Source: Mobula hypostoma (taxonomy: Eukaryota). Taken from it: 64,000 nt of DNA. The notes under the pieces are model-generated. The model worked only from the letters and a program-made list of their open reading frames with translations. It searched no databases and was not told the origin of the DNA. Shown piece by piece: positions 36,901 through 48,500 of the stretch; positions within the stretch are counted from its first letter, which is position 1, and each line of letters opens with the position of its first letter. Where the stretch lies: the NCBI RefSeq assembly GCF_963921235.1, contig NC_086110.1, positions 620,001-684,000 of the forward strand, in the 5' to 3' direction. The translations under genes were made by a program, and so were the position numbers.

Positions 36901-39900
36901 AGCCTGCTCCGTCATTCAATAAGATCACGGCTGCTCTGGTCATGGACTCATCTCCATATCAACCTGCCTTTTCTCCGTAATCGTTAACTTCTGTACTATG
37001 CAAAACTTTTATCCAAACTTCTCTTAAATATGTTAACTGAGGGAGCCTCCACTGCTTCGCTGGGCAGAGAATTGCACAAATTTAGCATTCTAAACTAAGT
37101 AATAAACTATGTTTTCTTTTAATAAAACAGAGAACAAACTAGAAAACAGTCAATAACACTACGGTACTGTAAAACCGTGTAATGGTTCCTAATAGTTATT
37201 GACGGAGGAATTCATACAGTGCACGCTGCTGTGTTTTTTTTTCAGAATCAGAATGTACGACAGCAGATATGGTAGCTCACAGGACTAGAACCACAATCAG
37301 TGGAGTTTCAGGCGGCCTTAAATCACCAGGACAATACCAACACCTTGTCACGATGCTGTTTGCAGTTTATTGACTACAGTGTTTATCACCATCATTCTTA
37401 TAGTGTGATTGATAAGCTATGGGTCTCTGTACCTCACTCTGAAATTGGATTCTCGACTTGCTGACCTGAAGAAAATAATTTGTATTTATAACTCCTCCTC
37501 ACTGAGGACCAACACTGTCGCATCTCTGGAATGTGTCCTTAGCCCAATTTTCTACTCTCTCTATATCCATGGCTATGCGGCTGAGTAATAGCTAAAATGT
37601 CAACAATAAATTTGTTAATAATACAACAATTGTTGGCAGAATCTCAGATGGAAAGGGCAGGGCGTACAGCAGAGAGTGATATTAGCCAGCTGAGTGGAGT
37701 TGCAGCAACGACCTTTCACTCAACGCAGTCAGACGAGAAAGTTGACCGAGGACTTCAGAAACAGTAGGAGGATGGATCATAAAGCAATCCTCAGATTTGG
37801 AGAGAGTGGGCAATGTCAAGTTCCTGGGTGTCAATATCTCTGGGGAACTAACCTGGTCCTAACATTTCGACGTTGCTATAATGGGGGCAAGATAGCGTCT
37901 ATATTTTGTTTGATTTGAGGAGATTTGGTTTGTCACCTAAGACCCTCCAGAACTTTTAAAGATGTACCAGTAGAGCATTTTGACAGGTTGCATCACCGTC
38001 TGGCATACTGGGGAGCGACTACTGTACTGATCGAAAGAAGCTGCAGTAAGTTATATAACGAGTCAGTTCTATCATGGAGGCTAGCATCCTTCGCATCCAT
38101 GACATCTTCAAGTAGCAGTGTCTCGGGAGGGCTGCGTCCATCATTAGGGACTTCCATTACCCAGGACATTTCCACTTCTCATTCTAACCGTGAGGAAGAA
38201 GGTATAAAAGCGTGATGACGCATTTTACGATTCAAAGAAATATTTCTTCCTCTCTGCTATCCGATTTCTCATGGATAATGAACCTATGAACACTTCCGCA
38301 GTGCATCGGCACTGGACTCCAAGCCGGGTGGAACTGAGTTCAAACCCAGCCGGGTACCAGCCTGGACAGCAGCAGTATCTGCGCGGAACAAATGCCTGGC
38401 AATCTAATTCCGTATCTCGCCATGAATACGCTGTATACCCTATGGCCCACGATCTCACGAAGAGTCGAACTCGACTTAACGACTTAACGACTGAACGACA
38501 ACTTTAAATTATTTACTGATTTTATCTTTTTCCTATATTATTATGTTTTATTGTGCTTTATATTGTACTGCTGCCGGTACGTTACTAAATTTCACGACGT
38601 ATGCCGATGATTTTAATACTGATTCTGAATCTGATTAGAAGTTAATTCTGTTTAGAAGTTCTCCTTTCGCGAATTATTTAAATACACATAACAAACATTA
38701 TTCTTTTTTTTTCCATTTGCAAAGTGACAGACAGACTCGAGTTTCCAAATGAACTCTTCTCGGACTTTTCTAAGAATGGCAGAGTATGTAATATAGACAT
38801 CGGTTACAATTGATATTTGTACCCGGCTGGAAACCCGAGAAGCGGTTATTCGTTGTATATGCTGACCAAGCATTAGAACTTTTTCCAGAATCGATTTGAT
38901 ATTCTGCAGGCAATCGCTGAACTCTTAGCTTACGAAAGACACGTCATTAGCTGCAACTCACAGGTCTACAATCGGATGAAATAATTTCAGTTAACATAAC
39001 ACATGTAACATTCTATTTCAGTAATTGCCTATCTACGGACTTAACGTGCTTCATCAGATGTACATCCCATGAATTAAATCTCCAGATAAAAAAAAGGAGC
39101 ATAAAGTTATTTGAAATGAGAAAACAAAGTTCTTTCGCAGATTACACTGTTCCACCAACGGTAAAGAGTGGTTATTCAAACCCGAACGGAAGAATACTAT
39201 TGTGGGTAGAGTGGCAGTCCCTTGTTCGACTTTATCAAGATCTAACACGCTCCGCTAAGTTTAATAGTTGCATTTGTCTAAGACACACCGAGGGAGAATT
39301 ACCGTGTACAATAACGCTCGTGCCATTGCCATGGGAAAACTTTCTGGTCCAGTCACTCACACTGCAATAATAGATTCCAGAGTCTCTGAAGCTCACCCCG
39401 AGGATATGCAATTCGGCAGAACCTTGCTCTGAAGTTATAATACTCATCCTTCTCTCTGCAGTAGCATCTATAAATTGTTTTTGTTCCCCTTTCCTCCAAT
39501 AAACATCCACCAATGAGTTCTGAGCGAAGATTGGGTAGGTGCAGTAAATTGACACATTTTCTCCCTCTGTCTTCGTCACCTGCTCAGGAATCTGGTCCAC
39601 TGTGAACGAGGCCCTGTCAGCAACTGTCAGAATGAAAAATATTCCTTATCAGAGCATAATGATCGGCATCATTGACCAGAAAAAAATATATATGAACTGT
39701 CACTGTAAAGAAAAAAGGTCGAATTAATTGTGATTAAAATAAATCAATTGTAAATATCTAAACTGCGATTTACAAATTGAGCAAAACATACCTCATGAAG
39801 ATATCCCCTGTCCCCACTCCGTTAATCAGCATTTACGAGAGAAGCGTATACATACCAGTGTAAGTAATCTGCAGGACTAAGAGATACTGCAGCAGATCAA

Positions 39901-39910
39901 ATATTTGCAT
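27774..39910 (-). CDS. Gene B (7 exons, 362 aa): non-rearranging VJ-C1-TM immunoglobulin-superfamily receptor with ITIM/ITSM tail (SIRP-like or VJC1-like; orthology unresolved)
   Basis: Join 39910-39856, 39623-39303, 31940-31662, 30475-30365, 29879-29833, 28137-28030, 27941-27774 totals 1089 nt in one open frame. All introns are GT-AG with phases 1,1,1,1,0,0. Confidence 0.9.
28030..28137 (-). CDS. Gene B exon 6: ASERQDAGSPSYADLNFKRDNKSKKVRSEAELTNAL
   Basis: Acceptor ttgtttttctcag, donor gtaaga, 108 bp, phase 0-0, contains YADL. Confidence 0.85.
28200..29005 (-). mobile_element. Tc1/mariner DNA transposon 5' fragment in gene B intron 5
   Basis: Minus-strand TIR-like cagtggcatgcaaaggtttgggcac at 29005 and transposase N-terminal remnant TAKDLQEDLADSGV. 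Confidence 0.75.
29143..29735 (-). mobile_element. CR1 3' fragment in gene B intron 5
   Basis: gaccataagacataggagcagaatta tail; GLHFLEFKRLRG.LIETF; LPKVVNVWNLLP. Confidence 0.8.
29833..29879 (-). CDS. Gene B exon 5: (V)AAENDETLSRYQENQ
   Basis: Acceptor tttttatttcctctag, donor gtaaga, 47 bp, phase 1-0. Confidence 0.8.
30365..30475 (-). CDS. Gene B exon 4: transmembrane (G)TRDKFIFILTGALAACGVIILALLLLIRRFRVDRTE
   Basis: Acceptor cacacctcag, donor gtaaga, 111 bp, phase 1-1. A 23-residue uncharged hydrophobic stretch is followed by an RR stop-transfer. Confidence 0.9.
31662..31940 (-). CDS. Gene B exon 3: C1-set Ig domain
   Basis: Acceptor catttgcag, donor gtaaga, 279 bp, phase 1-1; C1 motifs LTC...FFP, LIW, GLY.VSSSL, YTCQVFH. 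Confidence 0.93.
37300..38637 (+). mobile_element. Rex1/Babar-like LINE fragment with 3' tail (duplicate of 5230-6211)
   Basis: Collinear with copy A. It retains about 200 bp of 3' UTR ending ctgattctgaatctgatt that copy A has lost. Confidence 0.75.
38301..38502 (+). mobile_element. tRNA-head/RTE-tail SINE (duplicate of 6212-6403)
   Basis: gagttcaaacc B-box; tail ctcacgaagagtcgaactcgacttaacgacttaacgactgaacgacaac. Confidence 0.65.
39303..39623 (-). CDS. Gene B exon 2: V-set Ig domain with germline-joined J-like motif
   Basis: 321 bp, phase 1-1; GENVSIYC, VYW, AELHILGVSFRDSGIYYC, GNGTSVIVH; donor gtaatt. Confidence 0.93.
39856..39910 (-). CDS. Gene B exon 1: signal peptide MQIFDLLQYLLVLQITYT
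   Basis: caaaATG start, 55 bp, donor gtatgt, homologous to the gene A leader. Confidence 0.85.
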
Positions 39911-40030
39911 TTTGAGCAGAAGCAATAAAATCGAACAGTGGTAACTGTCTGTCAGCGGCTCAGTCAAATAACACAATGAAAGGAAGCTTTAAGGGTGCCT
40001 GATGGAAAAGCTGTTGCAACTGATATATTT

Positions 40031-40046
40031 GTTTCAAATTACGTCA
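40031..40046 (-). promoter_or_regulatory. Degenerate counterpart of the gene A IRF-E/CRE block
   Basis: gtttcaaattacgtca aligns to gtttcactttgacgtca; both motifs carry substitutions. Confidence 0.25.
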
Positions 40047-41319
40047 CAGCGGCGAACAAAAAAAAAAGTTTAAAGTTGCACGCTGGCTGGACGTATCTAA
40101 TATTACAATCAAGTCAGAATTTCCACTGGCTTTCTCAGTTGTTATGAAACACATTGAGAAATGGAATCGAATGCGAGAGTAACTCAGCGGAAAGATACAC
40201 CGCTGTGGTTTCAGTGTCTTTATGAAAAACCAAAAACCCATGCAGTCACAGCATTAGAGTGAAAAGGAACAGGCAGAACAATTGAACCTATTATCTTTGC
40301 CTTCGTAGGAGTTCGCAGAAGCTTTAAATAAATAGTGTCGCATAAAGGATGAGTGCAAATGATACAGGAAAAGGAAACTCTATCAAAAACTAAGTGGAGA
40401 TATCAGTTTATAGCTTGGACGTTTGTAAAAATAACATACGATTAGATTGCAGTCTTCATAGCGAATAATGTGAAGTATTTATTAGGAGTTCCTTCATGTT
40501 CAGAATTCGAAAACTTAAAATACAGAGGCATGTTGGTAGGCGATGACCAATGGATTGGGAACTGTGCCGTCGTTGAACCGGATCCCAGGTATCTTTGTGC
40601 ACACATCCCTAAAACCACAAATAAAGTAAACGACTGCATATCTTGGGATTTTGCGGGGGCTTTAGTATGAGCGCAATATTAAAAAAAATGCCGGAATTTT
40701 CATCGGTCCTTGATCTGTATACTTGAGGTTAAATGAGCGTAGTGAATATTCACCAAACCGTTTTGCCGGGTCGTACCTGTAGACATTGGGGAGGTATGCG
40801 AAGATTAAAGATTGCACAAGAGTCAGTTAAGTATGGAATCATACAGCATCATGCAGAATCATACAGTATCATTCAGTTCGATTCTCCCACGGCGACCGAG
40901 AGGCCTCACTACTCTTGTGATTCACCTTCCAGGCCCTAACATGTTCTCTGCTATCCTCAGCTTCCTGGGACGGCAGGATAATATTCCCCAAGGTCAAATA
41001 ATAGTTATTGACATATTTAAGCGCAATACCGCACGAAACAGTGATGACTGAAATGTAGACTTTTCTGTAAAGTCTAAATACTGAAGTAAAATAGCTTGTG
41101 TAGCGGAGCTCAACACACTATAATCTTGCTAAACTGAAGATACTCCTAGATGCTTATATCAGATACGGCACAATGACTAACTTATCTTTAAAACTCGCAG
41201 CCGGTACGCTTAATATAATCACAAATGGCGCGCGATGTAGTCATGTTTATTGTTAAGCAGTAGTCCGATTGCACAGGCACACGTCTGTTACTACAGACTG
41301 TCGATATTATGATTCCAGT

Positions 41320-42050
41320 AGTTGTCCAAGTAAATGCAGGTCGATGTTATGGATCTGTTAACGAGGTGGAGGCGACATTTAAAAAGTGAGGAGGACCGTG
41401 CGGAAGTTGCTAGCAGGCTTGCGATATTGGGAGCATTCGCTTTTTTACCGCAGAATGATGAAAGTTGTGAAGGGACAGAGGGACCTTGCATTATATGTCC
41501 ACATGCAACTCAGTGTTGTAGTGAATGTTGGTAGGGTTGTTAGGAAGACGTATAGTGCGTTGGATTGTTCATTTTCATTAGTCAGGGGATTGAGTTTAAG
41601 AGCTGCAAGATAATATTACAACTCTTTATAATTCTGGTTAAATCATACTTGAAGTATTGTGTTCTCTTCTGATCTTTTATAATATGAAGTATGTGGAAAC
41701 TCTCCAGTGGTTACAGGGGATATTGACCAGAATGTTACCTGAATTGAAGTACTAGTTATGAGGGTAGGTGGAGTATGCTAGTGCGCTTCCTTTTGGATCG
41801 GAGGAGGAAAAATATTAATTTACGATGCTGTACGATAACTAAAAGCAGAGAGTGAACGGTTAGAGACACTTTCCCAAGACAGAAATTATTACAATAAGAA
41901 AACAAATTCAAATTGTTCGGAGAAAAGCCAAAGGTAAGTATTTTACGTGTAGTGTCGTGTGTGGTTGGAACGCCCTGTCAGGGTGATAGTAGAGCTATTC
42001 ATTGTACTCTTAGTACATGACTGATAGGTAAATGTTTTGGGGGACAGGCG
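41320..42050 (+). mobile_element. Decayed CR1 fragments
   Basis: CR1-like gagggaccttg...tatatgtcc, aagtattgtgttc and ggttggaacgccctg segments. Confidence 0.55.
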
Positions 42051-42059
42051 TTAGATTGT

Positions 42060-44480
42060 TCTCAGAGTAGTTAAAAGGTCGTTAGAGGTCGTCGGCTGAA
42101 ATTCCTGTACTGTGCTGTAATGCTCTCTGTTCTATAGAAGGATTGTGGGATATTACACATGCATGGGATGCTCTTCAAATCAACGCAATTAATCCGAGGA
42201 AGAATCGGAGGATAGACCAGTCTGTGTGAGAACAGTGTGGGGAATTGAATGGCTTTGTACGCCGGACAAAGCAAAGGCGGTCAGCGAAGCGGGCGCACAG
42301 TTTGCGTCCGGCCAAAAACGCAGCACCGGATGCAATAAAAAAAACCCAGCAGTTTTATCGTGTAAGACTGCTTGATCTGGAAGGATTGTTTAGGTCTTAG
42401 ATGGTAATTAAGGGAGAGTTCAGGGCAGGCGTTACACGTCTGGTAGCTACATAGCAAAGGTGGGCGTGTGGAGGGGGAGAAGTGCTGAGGGATTCTGCGG
42501 AGAATGAATACAAGAAAGCTGTAGTTGTTGGCAAGATACCAATGTGATGTCAGAAGTTGTCAATGATGATATATTGAGTCCGTAAGCTGCTGAGATGTTA
42601 GCTGAGGACGAAGGGAACTGTCCCCGATCTGAGTGCAGTTGAAGGAAATACAGTAAACACTGGTTAGGAGCGAGACACAGTTGTTGTTTTTTTTTGATAC
42701 TGTAGGATATCTTGGATGCCTTCTGGAGTAGAAATAACAATTTGGACAACAGGATATCTGGTAGAACTGAGATAAAAGACGGATGTCTTTGTGAGGGACA
42801 TGGTGGAAGATGTAGTGAACGTAGTTCTGGGAATCAGTATCGTAGTCGATGTCGCTGGAAAGCATGTCTCCTGAGGTGGAAGCATATGTCGATTGAGATC
42901 AAGAAAGGTGACAGAAGTGTTGAAATGCCTTAACTAAATTTGAGGGTGGGTAAATTGGGAAGCAAAATTGATAAAATTCAGGAGCTCATCTCAGGTGCAA
43001 AAAGAGGCATTAACACAACCAAGTGGAAGAATAGTAGAAGTGAGATAGAAACATACAAACATAGAAAATAGGTGCAGGAGTAGGCCATTCGGCCCTTCAA
43101 GCCTGCACCGCCATTTATTATGATCATGGCTGATCATCCAACTCAGAACCCAGCCTTCCCTCCATACCCCCTGACCCCTGTAGCCACAAGGGCCATATCT
43201 AACTTCCTTTTAAACATAGCTAATGAACTGGCCTCAACAGTTTGCTGTGGCAGAGAATTCCACAGATTCACCACTCTTTGTGTGAAGAAGTTTTTCCTAA
43301 CCTCGGTCCTAAAAGGCTTCCCCTCTATCCTCAAACTGTGACCCCTCGTTCCAGATCTCCCCAACATCGGGAACAATCTTCCCGCATCTAGCCTGTCCAA
43401 TCCCTTTAGGATCTTATACGTTTCAATCAGATCCCCCCTCAATCTTCTAAATTCCAACGAGTACAAGCCCAGTTCATCCAGTCTTTCTTCATATGAAAGA
43501 CCTGCCATCCCAGGAATCAATCTGGTGAACCTTCTTTGTACTCCCTCTATGGCAAAGATGTCTTTCCTCAGATTAGGGGACCAAAACTGCACACCATACT
43601 CCAGGTGTGGTCTCACCAAGGCCTTGTACAACTGCAGTAGTACCTCCTTGCTCCTGTACTCGAATCCTCTCGCTATAAATGCCAGCATACCATTCGCCTT
43701 TTTCACCGCCTGCTGTACCTGCATGCCCACTTTCAATGACTGGTGTATAATGACACCCAGGTCTCGTTGCACCTCCCCTTTTCCTAATCGGCCACCATTC
43801 ATATAATAATCTGTTTTCCTATTTTTGCCACCAAAGTGGATAACTTCACATTTATCCACATTAAATTGCATCTGCCATGAGTTTGCCCACTCACCCAACC
43901 TATCCAAGTCACCCTGCATCCTCTTAGCATCCTCCTCACTGCTAACACTGCCACCCAGCTTCGTGTCATCCGCAAACTTGGAGATGCTGCATTTAATTCC
44001 CTCATCCAAGTCATTAATATATATTGTAAACAACTGGGGTCCCAGCACTGAGCCTTGCGGTACCCCACTAGTCACCACCTGCCATTCTGAAAAGGTCCCG
44101 TTTATTCCCACTCTTTGCTTCCTGTCTGTTAACCAATTCTCCACCCACACCAATACCTTACCCCCAATACCGTGTGTTTTAAGTTTGCACACTAATCTCC
44201 TGTGTGGGACCTTGTCAAAAGCCTTTTGAAAATCCAAATATACCACATCCACTGGTTCTCCCCTATCCACTCTACTAGTTACATCCTCAAAAAATTCTAT
44301 GAGATTCGTCAGACATGATTTTCCTTTCACAAATCCATGAGATGTCAATGTAGATTGGAGTCGGGCCTGTTTCATGTCGTGAACAAAGATGCCGCCATAA
44401 ATTATTTGCGTCTGTGGCTGCAACTTTCGTTTCTAAAAATACAGGCAGCTGATGGAACGTTTTTCAGAGTAAGCACAATC
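42060..44480 (-). mobile_element. Decayed Penelope-like element interrupted by a young CR1
   Basis: Minus-strand remnants of RYID, FINFAS.F and PFLD, plus the GIY-YIG-proximal ctaaacaatccttccagatc; continuous across the CR1 insertion. Confidence 0.6.
43047..44337 (-). mobile_element. Young 5'-truncated CR1 LINE with uninterrupted RT C-terminal frame and 6-bp TSD TGAGAT
   Basis: About 400 codons without a stop ([43 protein letters not shown]). tgagat at 43041-43046 and 44338-44343. Confidence 0.95.
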
Positions 44481-45509
44481 ACTGCCAGATGGTGCAAAGT
44501 TTTGTTGAAAGGGAAATCTTTGGGTCAGTGTTCCAGAAAGAAACAGCGAGTTCCTCGTCCTTCCCAATGAGAGATAGAAGAATACAGGGACTAAACGTCC
44601 ATAGTGAAAAAAAAAACGTGTTGGGGAAGGGAATTAAAACATACTGAAGCAAGTTGTTTTGAGCGGTAGTTTGCTGACGATGCCACATATGCCATTTGTG
44701 AGTGCTCATGATGATCCCATGGGAGGTTTTTGGGGATTCGGAAACTCTAACTGAGCGTACGAGTAAATGGCAGATGAATATAGTGTGAACAAGTATAAAT
44801 TCATCCACTTTGTTACACCGAGCAGGACAGAATAAAGTACTATTAAAAAACGATAAATTTGGTATAGCTAAGGCTAAATATGGCCTGCACAGGACAAGGA
44901 AATTCACCAACAAGCAGCAGAATAAGGAAAAACAGTATTGTCGCTTTCATACGAAGAGTTCTTGAAGTAGATGGAATTATATAAGGCCTGGTTAGAAACT
45001 GCAATAGAAATTTGATTTCACTTGTTGTTTCCTCCCCAGAGAAAGGACACACTTACCAAGGGACAGGTGAATAGTGGAGTAAGAAAACATATGTACACAT
45101 ATAAAGAGCTAGTTCCGGTCACACGGGAAAATATTTTTCCCAGAAATGAGGAGACTTAGCGACTACAGTCAAAGCTACCCATGGAAGTTAAGGAGGATGC
45201 ATCTGAGCGCAATATATCTTACCACTTTGAAAGCACCTGGGCTATGACTGCAATGGCCATCTTGAGCGCACGGTTGTTCGTCACTTCCATGGAGACGGGT
45301 CGGTTGTCTATGCCCTCCGCTGCCGGGAGAGTCCAAATCCAAATCAGACAAAACCACCTCACATAGTCTCTGTTCTGTCAGTTAACAACGTGGCACCTAT
45401 TTCAAATAACCTTTAAGTATTTAGGGCAGTGTACCTAACAATCGAAAGAAATATAGGTTATATATCAGTTACAAACCGAAAGACAAATAGCAATTAGAAT
45501 TCCGTCCAT

Positions 45510-48500
45510 AGACCATAGAACCATAGAACACTACAACACAGCAAACAGGCCATTCGGCCCTTCTCGACTGTGCCGAAACTTAATCCGCTAGTCGTATTGA
45601 CCTGCTCACAGTGCATAACCATCTAGACCACTCCCATCCATGTAACTGATCAATTTAATCCTAAAACTTAAGAGCGAGCCCACATTTACCATGTCAGTTG
45701 GCAGCTTGTCCACACTCCCACCGCTCTCTGAATGAAAAAGTACCCCCTAATGTTCCCCCTAACCCTTTCCCCTCTCACCCTAAAGCCATGGCCTCGCGTA
45801 TTTATCTCTCCTAATCAAAGTGGAAGGAGCCTTCTCGCATTTACTCTATCTAAACCCCTTATAATTTTTGTAAACCTCAATCAAATCCCCCCTCATTCTT
45901 CTGCGCTCCAAGGAAAATCAGTAGTAACCTCTTCAATCTTTCCCTATAACTCAACTCCTGAAGACGCGGCAACATCCTAATAAATCCTGTCTGCACTCTT
46001 TCAATCTTACTGATATCCTTCCTAGAGTTAGGTGACCAGAACTGAACACAATACTCCAAATTTGGCCTCACCAATTTCTTATACAACCTCACCAAATCAT
46101 CCTACCTCCTATACTCAATACTTTGATTTATGAATGCCAGGATGCCAAAAGCCTTCTTCATAACCCTGTCTACCTGTGACGCCGCCTGTGACGTCTACCT
46201 GCGACTTACAGTGAATTATGTACCTGAACTCCCAGATCAATTTGTTCCTCCGCACTCCTCAGTGCCCTACAATTTACTGTGTATGTCCAACCTTGATTTG
46301 TCCTTCCAAAACGCAACACTTCACACTTGTCTGCATAAATTCCATCTGCCATTTTCCGGCCCTTTTTTCGAGTTGGTCAAGATCCCTCTGCAAGCTTTGA
46401 AAGCCTTCCTCGCTGCCATAACGCCTCCAATCCTTAATCAGCCATTGGCTGTCCAAGTACTTGTATATGCGGTCTCAGAGCATCTTCCAATAATAATGTC
46501 AGACTCACCGGCCTGTAATTACCTGGTCTACTTTTGGAGCTTTTTTTTTAAACAATGCAACAACATGAGCTAACCTCCAATCCTCTGGCATCACACCGGT
46601 GGCTAAGGACATTTTAAATATTTGTGCTAGGGCCCCTGCAATTTCTACACTAGTCTCTCTCAAGATCCGAGGAAATATCATGTGAGGCCCGGGGGATTTA
46701 TTTACCTTTATTCGCTGAAAGGCAGCAATCACCTCCTCCTCTTTAATCTCTATATGTTCTATGACACAACTGCTTGTTTCCCTTCCTTCCATATTCGTTA
46801 TGCCAGTTTTCTGAGTAAATACTGATGCAAAAAAGTGTTTAAGATCCTCCCCAACTCGTAGACTCTACACATAAACGATCGCCCTCATTTTCTAGGGGAC
46901 CAATTTTGTCACTTACTATCCTTTTACTCTTAATATACTTGTAGAAACCCTTCGGCTTTGCTTCACATTATCTTGCCAAAGCAACCTCATGTCTTCTTTT
47001 TGCCTTCCTGATTTCCTTCTTTAGTATTTTCTTACATTTTCTATATTCTTCAAGTACCTCTTTTGTTCCTTGTTGCCTATACCTGCTATACACCTCTCTC
47101 TCTTTCTTAATCAGATCGCCAATATCCCTTGAAGATCAAAGCTCCCTATGCCTGTTAACTTTGCCTTTAATCCTAGCAGGAACATGCAATCTCTGCACTC
47201 TCAAAATCCTGCTTTTGAAGACCTTCCACTTTCTGAACACATCCTTGTCAGAAAACAACTCTTCCAAATCCACTTTACCTAGATCCTTTCTCATTGCTCA
47301 AAATTTGCCCTTCTCCAATTTAGACCCTCAACTCGAGGATCAGACCTATCCTTATCTATCATTAACTTGAAACTAATAATATTATGTTCACTGGCCCCAA
47401 AATGTTCGCCTAAACATACTTCTGTCACCTGGCCTGTCTGGTTACATATTAGCAGATCAAGTATTGCATCCTCTCTCTCGTATGTACCTCTAAATATTGA
47501 TTTAGAAAACTTTTTTAACACATTTGACAAACTTCACGCTATCTAACCCTTTCACAGTGTGGATGTCCCTGTCAATATATGGAAATCTGAAATCCCCTAA
47601 TATTACAACTTTCTGTTTCTTACATCAGTCTGCTATCGCTCTGCAGATTTGCTCCTCCAAATCTCTCTGACTATTGGTCGGTCTATAATACAACCCTATC
47701 AGTGTGGTCACACCTTTTCCGTTCCTGAACTCCACCCACATGACCTCTGTAGACAAGCCCTCGGGGCTGTCCTGTCTACGCACAGTTGTGATATTTTCCT
47801 TGACTAGTAATGCCAATCCTCCCCATTTCATCTCCCCCCGCCCCCGTCACGTCTGAAACAATGGAACCGCGGAACATCCAGCTGTTAGTCCTGCCCCTCC
47901 AGCAACCAAGTCACACTAATAGCAATAATGCCGTAATCCCAGTTGTCAATCCACGCCCTACGCTCATCTGCCTTATCTGCAATACTCCTTGCATTAAAAC
48001 AGATGAACCTGATAACTTTTCTATCACGTAGAAACCTTCCATTACTGTCCATACATGCAGTCCTCACATGACCTTTATCATCCTCCACCTCACTATCTGT
48101 TCTAACACACTGGATTCCCATCCCTTGCAAATCTAGTTTAATCCCTCCCGAGAAGCACTAGCAAACCTACCCAAAAGGATGCTAGTCCCCCTCTATTTCA
48201 GGTGCAAAGCGTCCCGTTGGAACAGGTCACACCTTCCGTGGAACAAAGCCCAATTATCCAAAAACATGAAGCCCTCCCTCCTGCACCATCTCCTTAGCCA
48301 CGTATTTTGCTGCATTCTCTTCCTATTTCTAGCCCCATTAGCAAGTGGCACGGGTAGCAATCCTGAGATTGCAAGCCTGGCGGTCCTGTCCTTCAACTTT
48401 GCACCAAACTCCCTATACTGTCTTTGCAGGACCTCCTCCTTCTTCCTATCCACATAATTGAACCTACATGGACCACGACATCTGGCTGCTCAACCTCCCT

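Larger units (their letters stand above)
32459..40055. repeat. Segmental duplication, copy B; homologous to 1-7775
   Basis: See copy A. The left edge is set only by the window start, so homology probably extends further. Confidence 0.95.

Noticed and set aside
40470-40670. 66-aa ORF in non-repeat DNA upstream of gene B
   Set aside because: GTG start, no recognisable domain and no splice support.
43143-44423. 426-aa ORF as a host gene
   Set aside because: It is CR1 reverse transcriptase. The first about 29 residues come from flanking Penelope DNA beyond the TSD.
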